From the NCBI GenBank assembly GCA_019652555.1, contig BPAJ01000001.1, forward strand, positions 272,762 through 336,761: a DNA stretch of 64,000 nt, given 5' to 3'. Positions 30,375 through 39,065 of the stretch are shown here, piece after piece (position 1 is the first letter of the stretch; each line of letters begins with the position of its first letter). The notes below the pieces were generated by a model, which did not search any database, was not told the origin of the DNA, and saw only the letters and a program-made list of their open reading frames with translations. Both the position numbers and the translations under genes were made by a program. This DNA comes from Gammaproteobacteria bacterium. GTDB lineage: Bacteria; Pseudomonadota; Gammaproteobacteria; Magnimaribacterales; AG-339-G14.

Positions 30375-32195
30375 GTGCTCAGATTTCAGCTCTGGAAAAT
30401 AATAATAATATTGTTTGTCATTACCATTGGCATTACTTATGCCTTGCCTAATTTTTATCCGCCAAGTCCAGCAATTCAAATCACCTTGGATAGTTCTTTG
30501 GGAAAAATATCTCCTAATATTGCGAAACGAATCGAACAACTAGCAACAGAAACAGAAATCAGTTTCTCCTCCAATCTTGCTGAAGATCTTGATGGATATG
30601 ACTCAATTTTATTTAAAGCAGAGAATTATCAAGATCAAGTTAAGCTCAAAGAATATTTAGAACAAAACCTAGAGAGAGAATTTGTAATAGCTTTGAACTT
30701 AGCTCCAAATACTCCTGCCTGGTTATCAGATATTCAAGCTTCGCCAATGAAATTAGGCTTAGACCTTAGAGGAGGAGTTCATTTTTTAATGGAAGTAGAT
30801 TCCGAGTTACTCATTTCAACTCGCTTAGAATCCTATTTGGCTGATATCAAAAGAAAACTCAGAGAAGAGCGAATTGGAATTAGTCGTTCTGAAATTACTG
30901 ATAACAGAATAATTTTTACTACCAGAACGGATGCTACAGATCAGTTAGACGACTATTTGAAAAGCAACATTGATCTTGAGTATAGAAAGCAGGACAACAA
31001 TCAATTTATTGTCGAGTACAACGAACAAGGTCTTGATGATTTAATAGATTACGCAGTTTCCCAAAATTTAGTGACTCTAAGAAATAGAGTTAATGAGCTT
31101 GGAATCTCCGAGCCTGTCGTAGTTCGTCAGGGAAAAAATAGAATTTCTGTTCAACTTCCAGGTGTCCAAGATACAGCTGAAGCTAAAAAAATCATTGGAA
31201 AAACTGCAAATTTAGAGTTTCGTCTTGAAGCTGAATCCAATAGTTTGCTATCTAGAACAGATCAATTTGATTTTTCCGGACAACGCGTGAGGTTATTGAA
31301 GCAGGTCATCATTACCGGTGACAAAGTAGCAGATGCCAGCGTTGGTTATGATGAAAGTGGGTTTCCACAAGTAAATATTTCTTTAGACGGCGAGGGCGGA
31401 ACAAAAATGCATCGTTCAACTCGAAATAATGTGGGCAGAAAGATGGCTGTAATTTTTGTTGAACGCAAAATCAAAACATCCAATACGAGCAATGAAATAG
31501 AAAGTTACTTTGATAAAAGAATCATCAGCTTAGCAACCATTCAATCAGCTCTTGCAAACCAATTTAGAATTACCGGCTTGGATAGTCCCAATGCAGCCTC
31601 TGAGTTGGCCTTGCTTCTGAGGGCGGGAGCGTTAGCTGCGCCGATGAATTTTGTTGAAGAAGGCACAGTTGGCCCATCTTTAGGAGCTGATAATATTCGC
31701 GTTGGAGTGCAATCTTTAATACTAGGACTTTCTTTAGTTCTGATTTTTATGATCTTTTACTACAAAGTTTTTGGTGTCATTGCCAATATTGCAGTTGCAT
31801 TAAATATTGTTTTGATTAGTGCCATTATGTCAATTTTATCAGCAACCTTAACGTTACCCGGCATTGCAGGAATTGTTTTGACAATCGGAATGGCAGTAGA
31901 TGCAAATGTCTTAATTTTCTCCAGAATCAAAGAAGAGTTGAAAAATAGACTTAAACCTTTAGATGCAATAAATGCGGGATACGATCGAGCATACATAACT
32001 ATTGTAGATGCAAATTTAACTACTTTAATCGTAGCACTGATTCTTTACACGATTGGCACAGGACCGGTTCAAGGCTTTGCGATTACCTTATCGGTTGGAA
32101 TTTTGACCTCAATGTTTACTGCTATCTTGGTTACTAGATTTTTAGTTTGGTTAATTTATCGAAATCGAAAAAATCTCGATACGCTCTGGATATAA
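30375..32195 (+). CDS. secD: protein translocase subunit SecD
   Basis: 606 aa with a large periplasmic domain and a C-terminal 6-TM SecD/F domain. GTG start. Confidence 0.95.
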   Translation: MLRFQLWKIIIILFVITIGITYALPNFYPPSPAIQITLDSSLGKISPNIAKRIEQLATETEISFSSNLAEDLDGYDSILFKAENYQDQVKLKEYLEQNLEREFVIALNLAPNTPAWLSDIQASPMKLGLDLRGGVHFLMEVDSELLISTRLESYLADIKRKLREERIGISRSEITDNRIIFTTRTDATDQLDDYLKSNIDLEYRKQDNNQFIVEYNEQGLDDLIDYAVSQNLVTLRNRVNELGISEPVVVRQGKNRISVQLPGVQDTAEAKKIIGKTANLEFRLEAESNSLLSRTDQFDFSGQRVRLLKQVIITGDKVADASVGYDESGFPQVNISLDGEGGTKMHRSTRNNVGRKMAVIFVERKIKTSNTSNEIESYFDKRIISLATIQSALANQFRITGLDSPNAASELALLLRAGALAAPMNFVEEGTVGPSLGADNIRVGVQSLILGLSLVLIFMIFYYKVFGVIANIAVALNIVLISAIMSILSATLTLPGIAGIVLTIGMAVDANVLIFSRIKEELKNRLKPLDAINAGYDRAYITIVDANLTTLIVALILYTIGTGPVQGFAITLSVGILTSMFTAILVTRFLVWLIYRNRKNLDTLWI

Positions 32196-32196
32196 A

Positions 32197-33096
32197 ATGC
32201 AAATAAACTTCATGCGACCAAGGAAGATAGCCTCAGCGTTATCAATTTTACTGGTTGTCCTTTCAATTTTTTCGCTTTCTTTTAAAGGATTGAATGCTGG
32301 ATTGGATTTTACCGGTGGAACTTTGATTGAGATCAAGTTGTCACAATCAACCAACTTAGAAGAAATCAGAGAAGTGCTTAGCTCTAAATTAGAAGATGAT
32401 TTTCAGGTTTCTTATTTTGGTTCAGAGCAGGATGTTCTGATTAAGATTCCAGGAGGCTCAGAAAACAACTTGTCAGATGAGATAGTTGCTGCATTGAAAA
32501 ATTCATTTCAGTTTGATTTGAGACGTAAGGATTTTATCGGTCCGCAAATAGGTGAAGAATTACGAGATCAAGGAGGTCTGGGGATACTAGCAGCGATGTT
32601 GGTAATGATGGTCTACATCATGTTTAGATTTCAGTTTAAGTTTGCCATCGGAGCTCTCTTAGCTCTCGTTCATGATGTCTTGATAGTATTAGGCTTTTTC
32701 TCAATATTTTATATCGGTTTTAACTTGACTGTACTAGCTGCCATATTGGCAGTAATTGGTTACTCCCTTAATGACACAATAGTAGTTTCAGACCGAATTA
32801 GAGAGAATTATCGAAGGAAGAGAAAATCAGATAATGTAGATGTCATCAACAGATCCTTAAATCAAATGTTAGGAAGAACTTTAATCACCTCTTTAACAAC
32901 TTTGTTGGTTCTATTTGCACTGCTAATTTTGGGTGGAGATTTCATTCAGAATTTTGCCATTGCTTTAATATGCGGCGTCATTGTTGGTACTTATTCATCA
33001 ATTTATGTTCTTTGTAATAATTTAATTTTAATGAATTTAAATTTTGAGGATCTAGCCATCAAAAAGAGCGAAACTTATGATGATGGCATGCCATAA
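32197..33096 (+). CDS. secF: protein translocase subunit SecF
   Basis: GLDFTGGT motif and the SecD/F membrane domain. Confidence 0.95.
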   Translation: MQINFMRPRKIASALSILLVVLSIFSLSFKGLNAGLDFTGGTLIEIKLSQSTNLEEIREVLSSKLEDDFQVSYFGSEQDVLIKIPGGSENNLSDEIVAALKNSFQFDLRRKDFIGPQIGEELRDQGGLGILAAMLVMMVYIMFRFQFKFAIGALLALVHDVLIVLGFFSIFYIGFNLTVLAAILAVIGYSLNDTIVVSDRIRENYRRKRKSDNVDVINRSLNQMLGRTLITSLTTLLVLFALLILGGDFIQNFAIALICGVIVGTYSSIYVLCNNLILMNLNFEDLAIKKSETYDDGMP

Positions 33097-33131
33097 AAAA
33101 AAGGGAGGCCCGAAGACCTCCCTAATTTTTT
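33095..33131. terminator. bidirectional rho-independent terminator (secF / small ORF)
   Basis: GGGAGGCC-cgaa-GACCTCCC hairpin (33103-33122), flanked by an A8 run on one side and a T-run on the other. Confidence 0.8.
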
Positions 33132-33144
33132 AACTATTCCTCAA

Positions 33145-33309
33145 TTAAGCAGAATGTTTTACGCCACGGTAAACACCGTTTTGTAACTTTCCTTGCTTAT
33201 CTGACTCAATAGCATCATGCTTTACGCCTCTGTAAACGCCCGGTTGAGTATTTTTGTTCTCAACGTGAAGGTTGTTTTCAGTGACTTTGATACCTCTGTA
33301 AGTAGACAT
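33145..33309 (-). CDS. 54-aa YRG-repeat micro-protein (DUF4278-like), not in ORF track
   Basis: My translation is MSTYRGIKVTENNLHVENKNTQPGVYRGVKHDAIESDKQGKLQNGVYRGVKHSA*. GGAGG lies 4 nt upstream of the ATG. A terminator follows immediately downstream and a riboswitch-like element lies upstream. Confidence 0.65.
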   Translation of the reverse strand: MSTYRGIKVTENNLHVENKNTQPGVYRGVKHDAIESDKQGKLQNGVYRGVKHSA

Positions 33310-33370
33310 ATCGCCTCCAGTTTTCGTTTCGATTATGTTTCATGTGCCTCACGGCATACACCCTCGTAAC

Positions 33371-33504
33371 GCGTTCCTTCGGTAGATATTCGGTCTCGTT
33401 CCCCATAAAAGGTACTTGCTAGCCTTTCTACACTTTGTGTAGAAAGAGGTTTTCCTATCTTCCTACTTCCGTTCAATGCACTAAAAAAGAGCATTGAATG
33501 AACG
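33371..33504 (-). promoter_or_regulatory. glutamine riboswitch-like aptamer (glnA RNA motif) with enlarged third helix
   Basis: Minus strand reads CGUUCA-[UUCAAUGC..GCAUUGAA]-CGGAAGUAGG...(about 70-nt insert with perfect hairpin 33424-33446)...CUACCGAAGGAACGC. P1 is CGUUC/GAACG. The conserved blocks match the glnA motif core as I remember it. Confidence 0.65.
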
Positions 33505-33547
33505 ATTAATGTGCATTTTATCAAAAAAAAGGGAGAGTTGTAAACTT

Positions 33548-34339
33548 TTAGATAAAAGATTTTTTTATTTCTTGATTAATTGCTTTTACACAAGACATAT
33601 TTCCAGCCACTATGTTGTGCGTTGAGAATACGTCTTCCTCTCCATTAAAGTCATTGATGAAACCTCCGGCTTCTCTTACCAATAGAGCTCCAGCAGCAAA
33701 ATCCCAAACTTTCATTCCATATCCTAAAAAGGCATCAAGTTTTCCTGAAGCAACAAAGGCAAGGTCTAAAGCTGTTGACCCAGTTCTTCGAAGAGTTAAT
33801 GAATTAGCGTAAAGATTTCTTATAAGAGTAAGTTGATCAAACTTAGGTTCTAAGTCAGGACCCCCATGAAAAGAATTACATATCAAAGAGTTTTTTAATC
33901 CTTTAATCTCTGAAACTCTAATTCTAGTTTTGTTACAAAAAGCACCTTTGCCTTTTGAAGCATAATACTCATCATCACGAGCAAGGTCATAAATCAAACC
34001 ATGCTCTATTGAGCCTTTATAGAAACAAGCAATTGAAATTGAATAAAAAGGAAAATCATGAATGAAATTAGTGGTGCCGTCCAAGGGATCTATTACCCAG
34101 TGATAATCAGCATTCTCATTTCCTTGACGACCAGATTCTTCTCCCTCAAAAGAATGATCAGGAAAAGAGGTCTTCAATGTATCTATTATTATGTTCTCTG
34201 CAATACTATCTACTTGAGTTACAAAGTCAGTAGGCCCTTTTTCAAAAACATTTATTTTATCTCTACGTCGAGAAAATTTATGAATTTCTTTTGCAGCAAG
34301 TCTAGCGGCATTTATCGCAATAGTTACTTTCGGTTCCAT
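33548..34339 (-). CDS. suhB: inositol monophosphatase family protein SuhB
   Basis: WVIDPLDGTTNF and the GEESG / WD.AAG motifs. Divergent from trmJ as in E. coli. Confidence 0.9.
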   Translation of the reverse strand: MEPKVTIAINAARLAAKEIHKFSRRRDKINVFEKGPTDFVTQVDSIAENIIIDTLKTSFPDHSFEGEESGRQGNENADYHWVIDPLDGTTNFIHDFPFYSISIACFYKGSIEHGLIYDLARDDEYYASKGKGAFCNKTRIRVSEIKGLKNSLICNSFHGGPDLEPKFDQLTLIRNLYANSLTLRRTGSTALDLAFVASGKLDAFLGYGMKVWDFAAGALLVREAGGFINDFNGEEDVFSTHNIVAGNMSCVKAINQEIKKSFI

Positions 34340-34372
34340 GGTGTTTTAAAAAAAGAATTGTAAACTATTAAA

Positions 34373-35116
34373 GTGTCTGATTCTTCACTTAAAAATAAAA
34401 TTGAATTCATTTTGGTTGAGCCCTCTCATCCTGGAAATATTGGAGCTTCCGCGAGAGCTATTAAAAATATGGGATTTCAAAATCTTACTTTGATAAATCC
34501 AAAAGATTTTCCTAATGATGAATCTTTTTACAGAGCCAAAGGAGCAAAGGACATATTGGAGAATGTAAAGATTTATCAAGATCTAACTGATTCTTTAAAA
34601 GATGCTACTTTAATTTTCGGTACTAGTGCAAGAACCAGAACAATTCCATGGCCCACAAAAAACTCATCAGAATTAAGTGAGATTTTGAAAAAAGGTCTAG
34701 AAAATATCAACGTAAAAATTTGCTTTGTTTTTGGAAGAGAAATTAGCGGACTTAGTAATGAAGAACTGCAGATGTGTGACTATCATATAAAAATTCCAAC
34801 CGATGAAGATTTTTCTTCTTTAAATTTGTCTCACGCGGTTCAAATAATTTCTTATGTATTGAAAATGGAAATAGATAATATTGATTCAATACCAGAAATA
34901 ATAGATGAGACTCCAACCTTTGAAGATAATGAATACCTAATTGAACATTTTGATAAGGTCATGAAAAAAATTGATTTTTATGATCAGGAAAATCCTAAAC
35001 AAGTAAAAACTAGGGTTCGGAGATTAATCAAACGTTTGCAACCTGATAAATTAGAAATGGGTATCCTTAGAGGTTTTTTGTCTAAGATAGAACAAATACT
35101 TAACAAAAAAAATTAG
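34373..35116 (+). CDS. trmJ: tRNA (cytidine/uridine-2'-O)-methyltransferase TrmJ (SpoU/TrmH class)
   Basis: SpoU motifs (EPSHPGNIGASARA; FGREISGLSNEE; IPT...SLNLSHAV). Conserved suhB neighbourhood. Confidence 0.85.
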   Translation: MSDSSLKNKIEFILVEPSHPGNIGASARAIKNMGFQNLTLINPKDFPNDESFYRAKGAKDILENVKIYQDLTDSLKDATLIFGTSARTRTIPWPTKNSSELSEILKKGLENINVKICFVFGREISGLSNEELQMCDYHIKIPTDEDFSSLNLSHAVQIISYVLKMEIDNIDSIPEIIDETPTFEDNEYLIEHFDKVMKKIDFYDQENPKQVKTRVRRLIKRLQPDKLEMGILRGFLSKIEQILNKKN

Positions 35117-35141
35117 TCTGATAAAATCATTTTTTTTCTGT

Positions 35142-35216
35142 GTCCCCTTCGTCTAGCGGTTAGGACACCGGGTTTTCATCTCGGCAACAGGGGTTCGATC
35201 CCCCTAGGGGACGCCA
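35142..35216 (+). tRNA. tRNA-Glu (anticodon UUC)
   Basis: Acceptor GTCCCCT/AGGGGAC, anticodon loop TTTTCAT, GTTCGATCC T-loop and encoded CCA. Confidence 0.9.
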
Positions 35217-35394
35217 GAAAATACTCCGTTAATCCTTAATCAAACTGCCCATACTTGGTGCAAATTTAATTTAAAATTATCAAGTTTTGAAAACTTTTAG
35301 TGCAAAAACACGTTTTTTTTGTAATTTATCACCAAAAAACTTTTATTTACATCGCTCTATAATTCATGGAATTAATCTTTAATTAGGTGAAGAT

Positions 35395-35751
35395 ATGAAA
35401 CTTTTAACAATTGTTGTTAAGCCTTCTAGATCTGATGGGGTCAAGAGAGCTTTATCTACAATTGGTACTGGTGGAGCTACTATTGTTTCTGCCCAGGGTT
35501 TTGGAACTCAGAAAGGTCATTCTGAAACATACCGTGGTGCAAGTTATGAAGTAGATACAAAACCTAAAACGATGTTCAAAGTTGCTTGTAAAGACGATGA
35601 TGTCGAAAACATTATCAGAGCGGTGCGAGAAGTCGCAAATACCGGCGAGATTGGTGATGGCAAGATTTTTGTAACAGAACTTAACGAAGTCGTTCGAATC
35701 AGAACAGGAGAAACTGGTGAGGACGCTATAAAGGAGAATATAAATGAGTGA
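35395..35751 (+). CDS. glnK: nitrogen regulatory protein P-II
   Basis: P-II fold with T-loop GFGTQKGHSETYRGASY (Tyr51 equivalent present). Overlaps amtB by 8 nt. Confidence 0.85.
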   Translation: MKLLTIVVKPSRSDGVKRALSTIGTGGATIVSAQGFGTQKGHSETYRGASYEVDTKPKTMFKVACKDDDVENIIRAVREVANTGEIGDGKIFVTELNEVVRIRTGETGEDAIKENINE

Positions 35752-36970
35752 ATTAGAGTATGCCTTAAATACTTTTTATCTATTGATCTCTGGAGCTTTC
35801 GTAATGTGGATGGCTGCAGGTTTCACTATGCTAGAGGCTGGTTTAGTTAGAGCTAAGAACGTATCTGAAATTGTTACTAAGAACTTAGGTCTTTATTCAA
35901 TTGCGTGTGTCATGTACTTGGTATGTGGCTTCTTTTTGATGTATCCAGGCGATAGCGTTTACAACGCATATTTCCCAATGCTAGGTAGCACATGGGGAAT
36001 GTCTTTAGACGGTTTAACTTTTAATACGGATTTAGGTTATTCAGATGCAGCTGACTTTTTCTTCCAGGTTGTTTTCGTTGCTACTGCAATGTCAATCATT
36101 TCTGGTGCTGTAGCTGAAAGAATGAAACTTATACCTTTTTTCCTATTTGCAATCGTCTTAACAGGATTTATTTATCCAGTTCAAGGTTACTGGAAATGGG
36201 GTGGCGGATGGTTAGATGCTATCGGCTACACTGATTTTGCAGGTTCAGGAGTGGTACACCTTTGTGGTGCTGCTGCTGCTTTAGCTGCTGTAATCATCTT
36301 AGGTCCTAGATCTGGAAAATACTCTGCTGATGGGTCAGTCAGAGTTATGAGAGGTTCGAACATTCCAATTGCAGCTTTAGGTGCACTAATCCTATGGTTA
36401 GGTTGGTTTGGTTTCAACGGTGGATCTCAACTTGCAGTAAATGATGCTGCAAATGCAAATGCCGTTGCTCAAGTTTTCCTAAACACTAATGCTTCTGCAG
36501 CAGGTGGTGTAATAGGAGCTTTACTAATTGCTAAAGTCTTAACTGGTAAGGCTGATGTAACAATGGCAATAAATGGAGCCATTGCAGGTTTGGTAGCAAT
36601 CACAGCTGCACCTGACACTCCATCTGGTGGGCTAGCTACCATCATTGGATTCATAGGTGGAATCATTGTTTACTTCTCAGTTGTTTTCTTAGACACAGTA
36701 TTGAAAATAGATGATCCAGTAGGTGCTATTTCTGCTCACGGTACAGTAGGTATATGGGGAATCATGGCAACTCCGCTTTCTGGTGCAGGAGCTTTTGGTA
36801 CTCAAGCAATTGGAGCTATCTCAATATTCCTTTGGGCTTTCATAACTAGTGCAGGAACACTACTTGTTCTAAATGCAATACTTGGTTTGAGACCTTCAGA
36901 GGAAGAAGAAACTTCAGGATTAGACGCTTCAGAAATTGGAGTAGAAGCTTACCCTGAATTTAAAGATTAA
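35744..36970 (+). CDS. amtB: ammonium transporter
   Basis: Amt family signatures (DFAGSGVVHLCGA, twin-His context, WGG). 11-TM-like profile. Confidence 0.95.
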   Translation: MSELEYALNTFYLLISGAFVMWMAAGFTMLEAGLVRAKNVSEIVTKNLGLYSIACVMYLVCGFFLMYPGDSVYNAYFPMLGSTWGMSLDGLTFNTDLGYSDAADFFFQVVFVATAMSIISGAVAERMKLIPFFLFAIVLTGFIYPVQGYWKWGGGWLDAIGYTDFAGSGVVHLCGAAAALAAVIILGPRSGKYSADGSVRVMRGSNIPIAALGALILWLGWFGFNGGSQLAVNDAANANAVAQVFLNTNASAAGGVIGALLIAKVLTGKADVTMAINGAIAGLVAITAAPDTPSGGLATIIGFIGGIIVYFSVVFLDTVLKIDDPVGAISAHGTVGIWGIMATPLSGAGAFGTQAIGAISIFLWAFITSAGTLLVLNAILGLRPSEEEETSGLDASEIGVEAYPEFKD

Positions 36971-36990
36971 TTAATTATCCTCCCCCTAAA

Positions 36991-37021
36991 AGCAGGTAAG
37001 GAAACTTACCTGCTTTTTTTA
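36991..37021 (+). terminator. rho-independent terminator after amtB
   Basis: AGCAGGTAAG-gaaa-CTTACCTGCT followed by T7. Confidence 0.85.
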
Positions 37022-37032
37022 TATAATCTCTC

Positions 37033-38061
37033 ATGCCTTTTGTTTTCTTTTCATTATTATTCTTTTCTAGTTTTTCCTTTCTTACAGAAACGAATGAAGA
37101 GCTTACGGTCTCTACCAATCAAAATTGGAACTTTAAGCCTTCTTTAGAAACAATCTCATCTGACGAAATTAGTTTTTTAAACGTTACTCACAACAAAGAA
37201 CTTTTCAATTCTTCAGCAGGTAGTTGGATCAGTAGAGGATCGGGTCAAGAAAGCTTAATTTCCTTAAGATCGCCAGTATTAACTGGTTCAGGAGCTTGCG
37301 GGTCTTTCTTGATTTTGGAGGATGGTTTGCCAATCAGGCCAGCCGGATTTTGTAACGTCAACAATCTTTTTGAAGTTTCCACAAACTTAGCCTCTAAGGT
37401 TGAAATTTTAAAAGGCCCATCTAGTGCCAGGTTTGGTGGTAATGCTTTGCACGGGGCAATCAATTTTCAATCACTTGAAATTGATGCAAATAATTATCTA
37501 AAGACAGAAGTAAATGATGACGAGTCTTTCAAAGCATCTTTTCAATATCAGGAAGCAACCAATTGGTCCTTGGGAATTGCATTAGACAGAGATCAAGGAT
37601 TTAGAGATTCCAGTGGGTTTGACCAACAAAAATTAGCCTTTAAATCAAAAAATAATATTAAGAACTGGCAAGCTACAACACTTTTAAACTTAACCAACCT
37701 CAATCAAGAAACGGCAGGTTATATCAGCTCTTATAAATCAAGTTTAAGATTAACGAATGTCAATCCAGAAGCCTATCGGGATGCTAAGTCATTGCGCTTA
37801 AATACGCTTTTAACTCAAATTAAAGATAATTTTGAATTTCAGCTAAGACCTTACCTTAGGCACAGCAAGATGGATTTCATCCAGCACTATTTGCCTGGCA
37901 AGCCTTTAGAAAAAAACAGCCAAACCAGTTCGGGTCTAAATTTTTTAATGGACGTAAAAAGCTTTCCTAACCACAAACTTTCTTTTGGAATTAATTTTGA
38001 AATGGCCAATTCAATTAGAAGAATTTCAGGAAAACAAACTAACAACCAGTTCAGCTTTTAA
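37033..38061 (+). pseudogene. TonB-dependent receptor, fragment 1 of 3 (signal peptide, plug, start of barrel)
   Basis: Plug-domain motifs (VEILKGPSSARFGGNALHGAINF). Reading continues in another frame from about 38010. Confidence 0.75.
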
Positions 38062-38797
38062 CAATGCGGTAAGGCCTCAAGGCCTACATTACGACTTTGA
38101 AGTCGACACAAATTTATTTGCTGTATTTTTGTCTCATGAATTTATAACTGATGATGATTTTAAAATTTTTTCAAATGTTAGAACTGAGAGACTCAATTAC
38201 GATTACGATAATCTGATGCTTGACGGCAGAACCAGAGCCGATGGCTCGGCATGCGGATTTGGCGGATGTTATTACTCAAGACCTGCTGATACTGATATTT
38301 CATTTTCTGATAATTCTTTTAGGTTTGGTTTTTCCAAGAAAGTAATGACAAATGAATTCTTTTTGCAGTTCAGCAAAGGTTTTAGACCACCTCAAATAAA
38401 TGAGCTTTTTAGACTACAAAAAGCACAAACTTTGGCGGACTTAAATTCTGAAAAAATAGATTCCCTAGAATTTGGAATTCTTTCAACTGGAGATAACTTT
38501 TTAAATAAATTTGTTCTATTTTCTTCAAAGAAAAATAATTACATCTATAAAGATAATGATGCATCAACTGTAGCTGGAGGAAAATCAAAACATCAAGGCA
38601 TTGAAATTTCTGGGTCAGTGGATGTAACTCCTATGCTAATGATCAAATATGCTTGGAGCTTTGCTGAACATCTTTATGATTATTCCTTTTCATCCATTGG
38701 AGTTTATGAAGGTAATTTGATTGATACGGCGCCTAGAGTACAAGGAAGTTTATTTTTTAATATCTTTCCGCTTGAAAAGCTTAACCCTTCAAATTGA
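37985..38797 (+). pseudogene. TonB-dependent receptor, fragment 2 of 3 (barrel)
   Basis: Beta-barrel-like sequence from about QLEEFQENK onward. The frame breaks again near the T6 run at about 38750. Confidence 0.7.
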
Positions 38798-39038
38798 AGA
38801 AGAATATTTAGGCAAATACTTTACCGATCCTGCAAACCAATATAGCTATCCTGGACATTATTTAACCAACTTTAGAGGTTTTTATAATTTGACCTCAAAC
38901 CTTGATATCAACTTCAGTATTCTCAACGTATTCAATAAACGTTATGCCGAACGTGCAGATTACTCCTCTTTTTCTGGACAAAGATATTTTCCAGGTCTTC
39001 CGATACAATGGCGATTCGGATTTAGTTATTCTTTTTAA
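38721..39038 (+). pseudogene. TonB-dependent receptor, fragment 3 of 3 (C-terminal barrel strands)
   Basis: Ends ...FPGLPIQWRFGFSYSF*, the terminal aromatic residue typical of TBDRs. NVFNKRY motif present. Confidence 0.75.
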
Positions 39039-39065
39039 ATAATATATATCCCCTAATTTTTTAGC

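Noticed and set aside
33333-33524. 63-aa minus-strand ORF (MIKCTLIVHSMLFF...) in the suhB-secF spacer
   Set aside because: It lies exactly over the riboswitch-like structured region, has no SD and reads as low-plausibility sequence. The structured RNA plus the downstream 54-aa ORF explain the region better.
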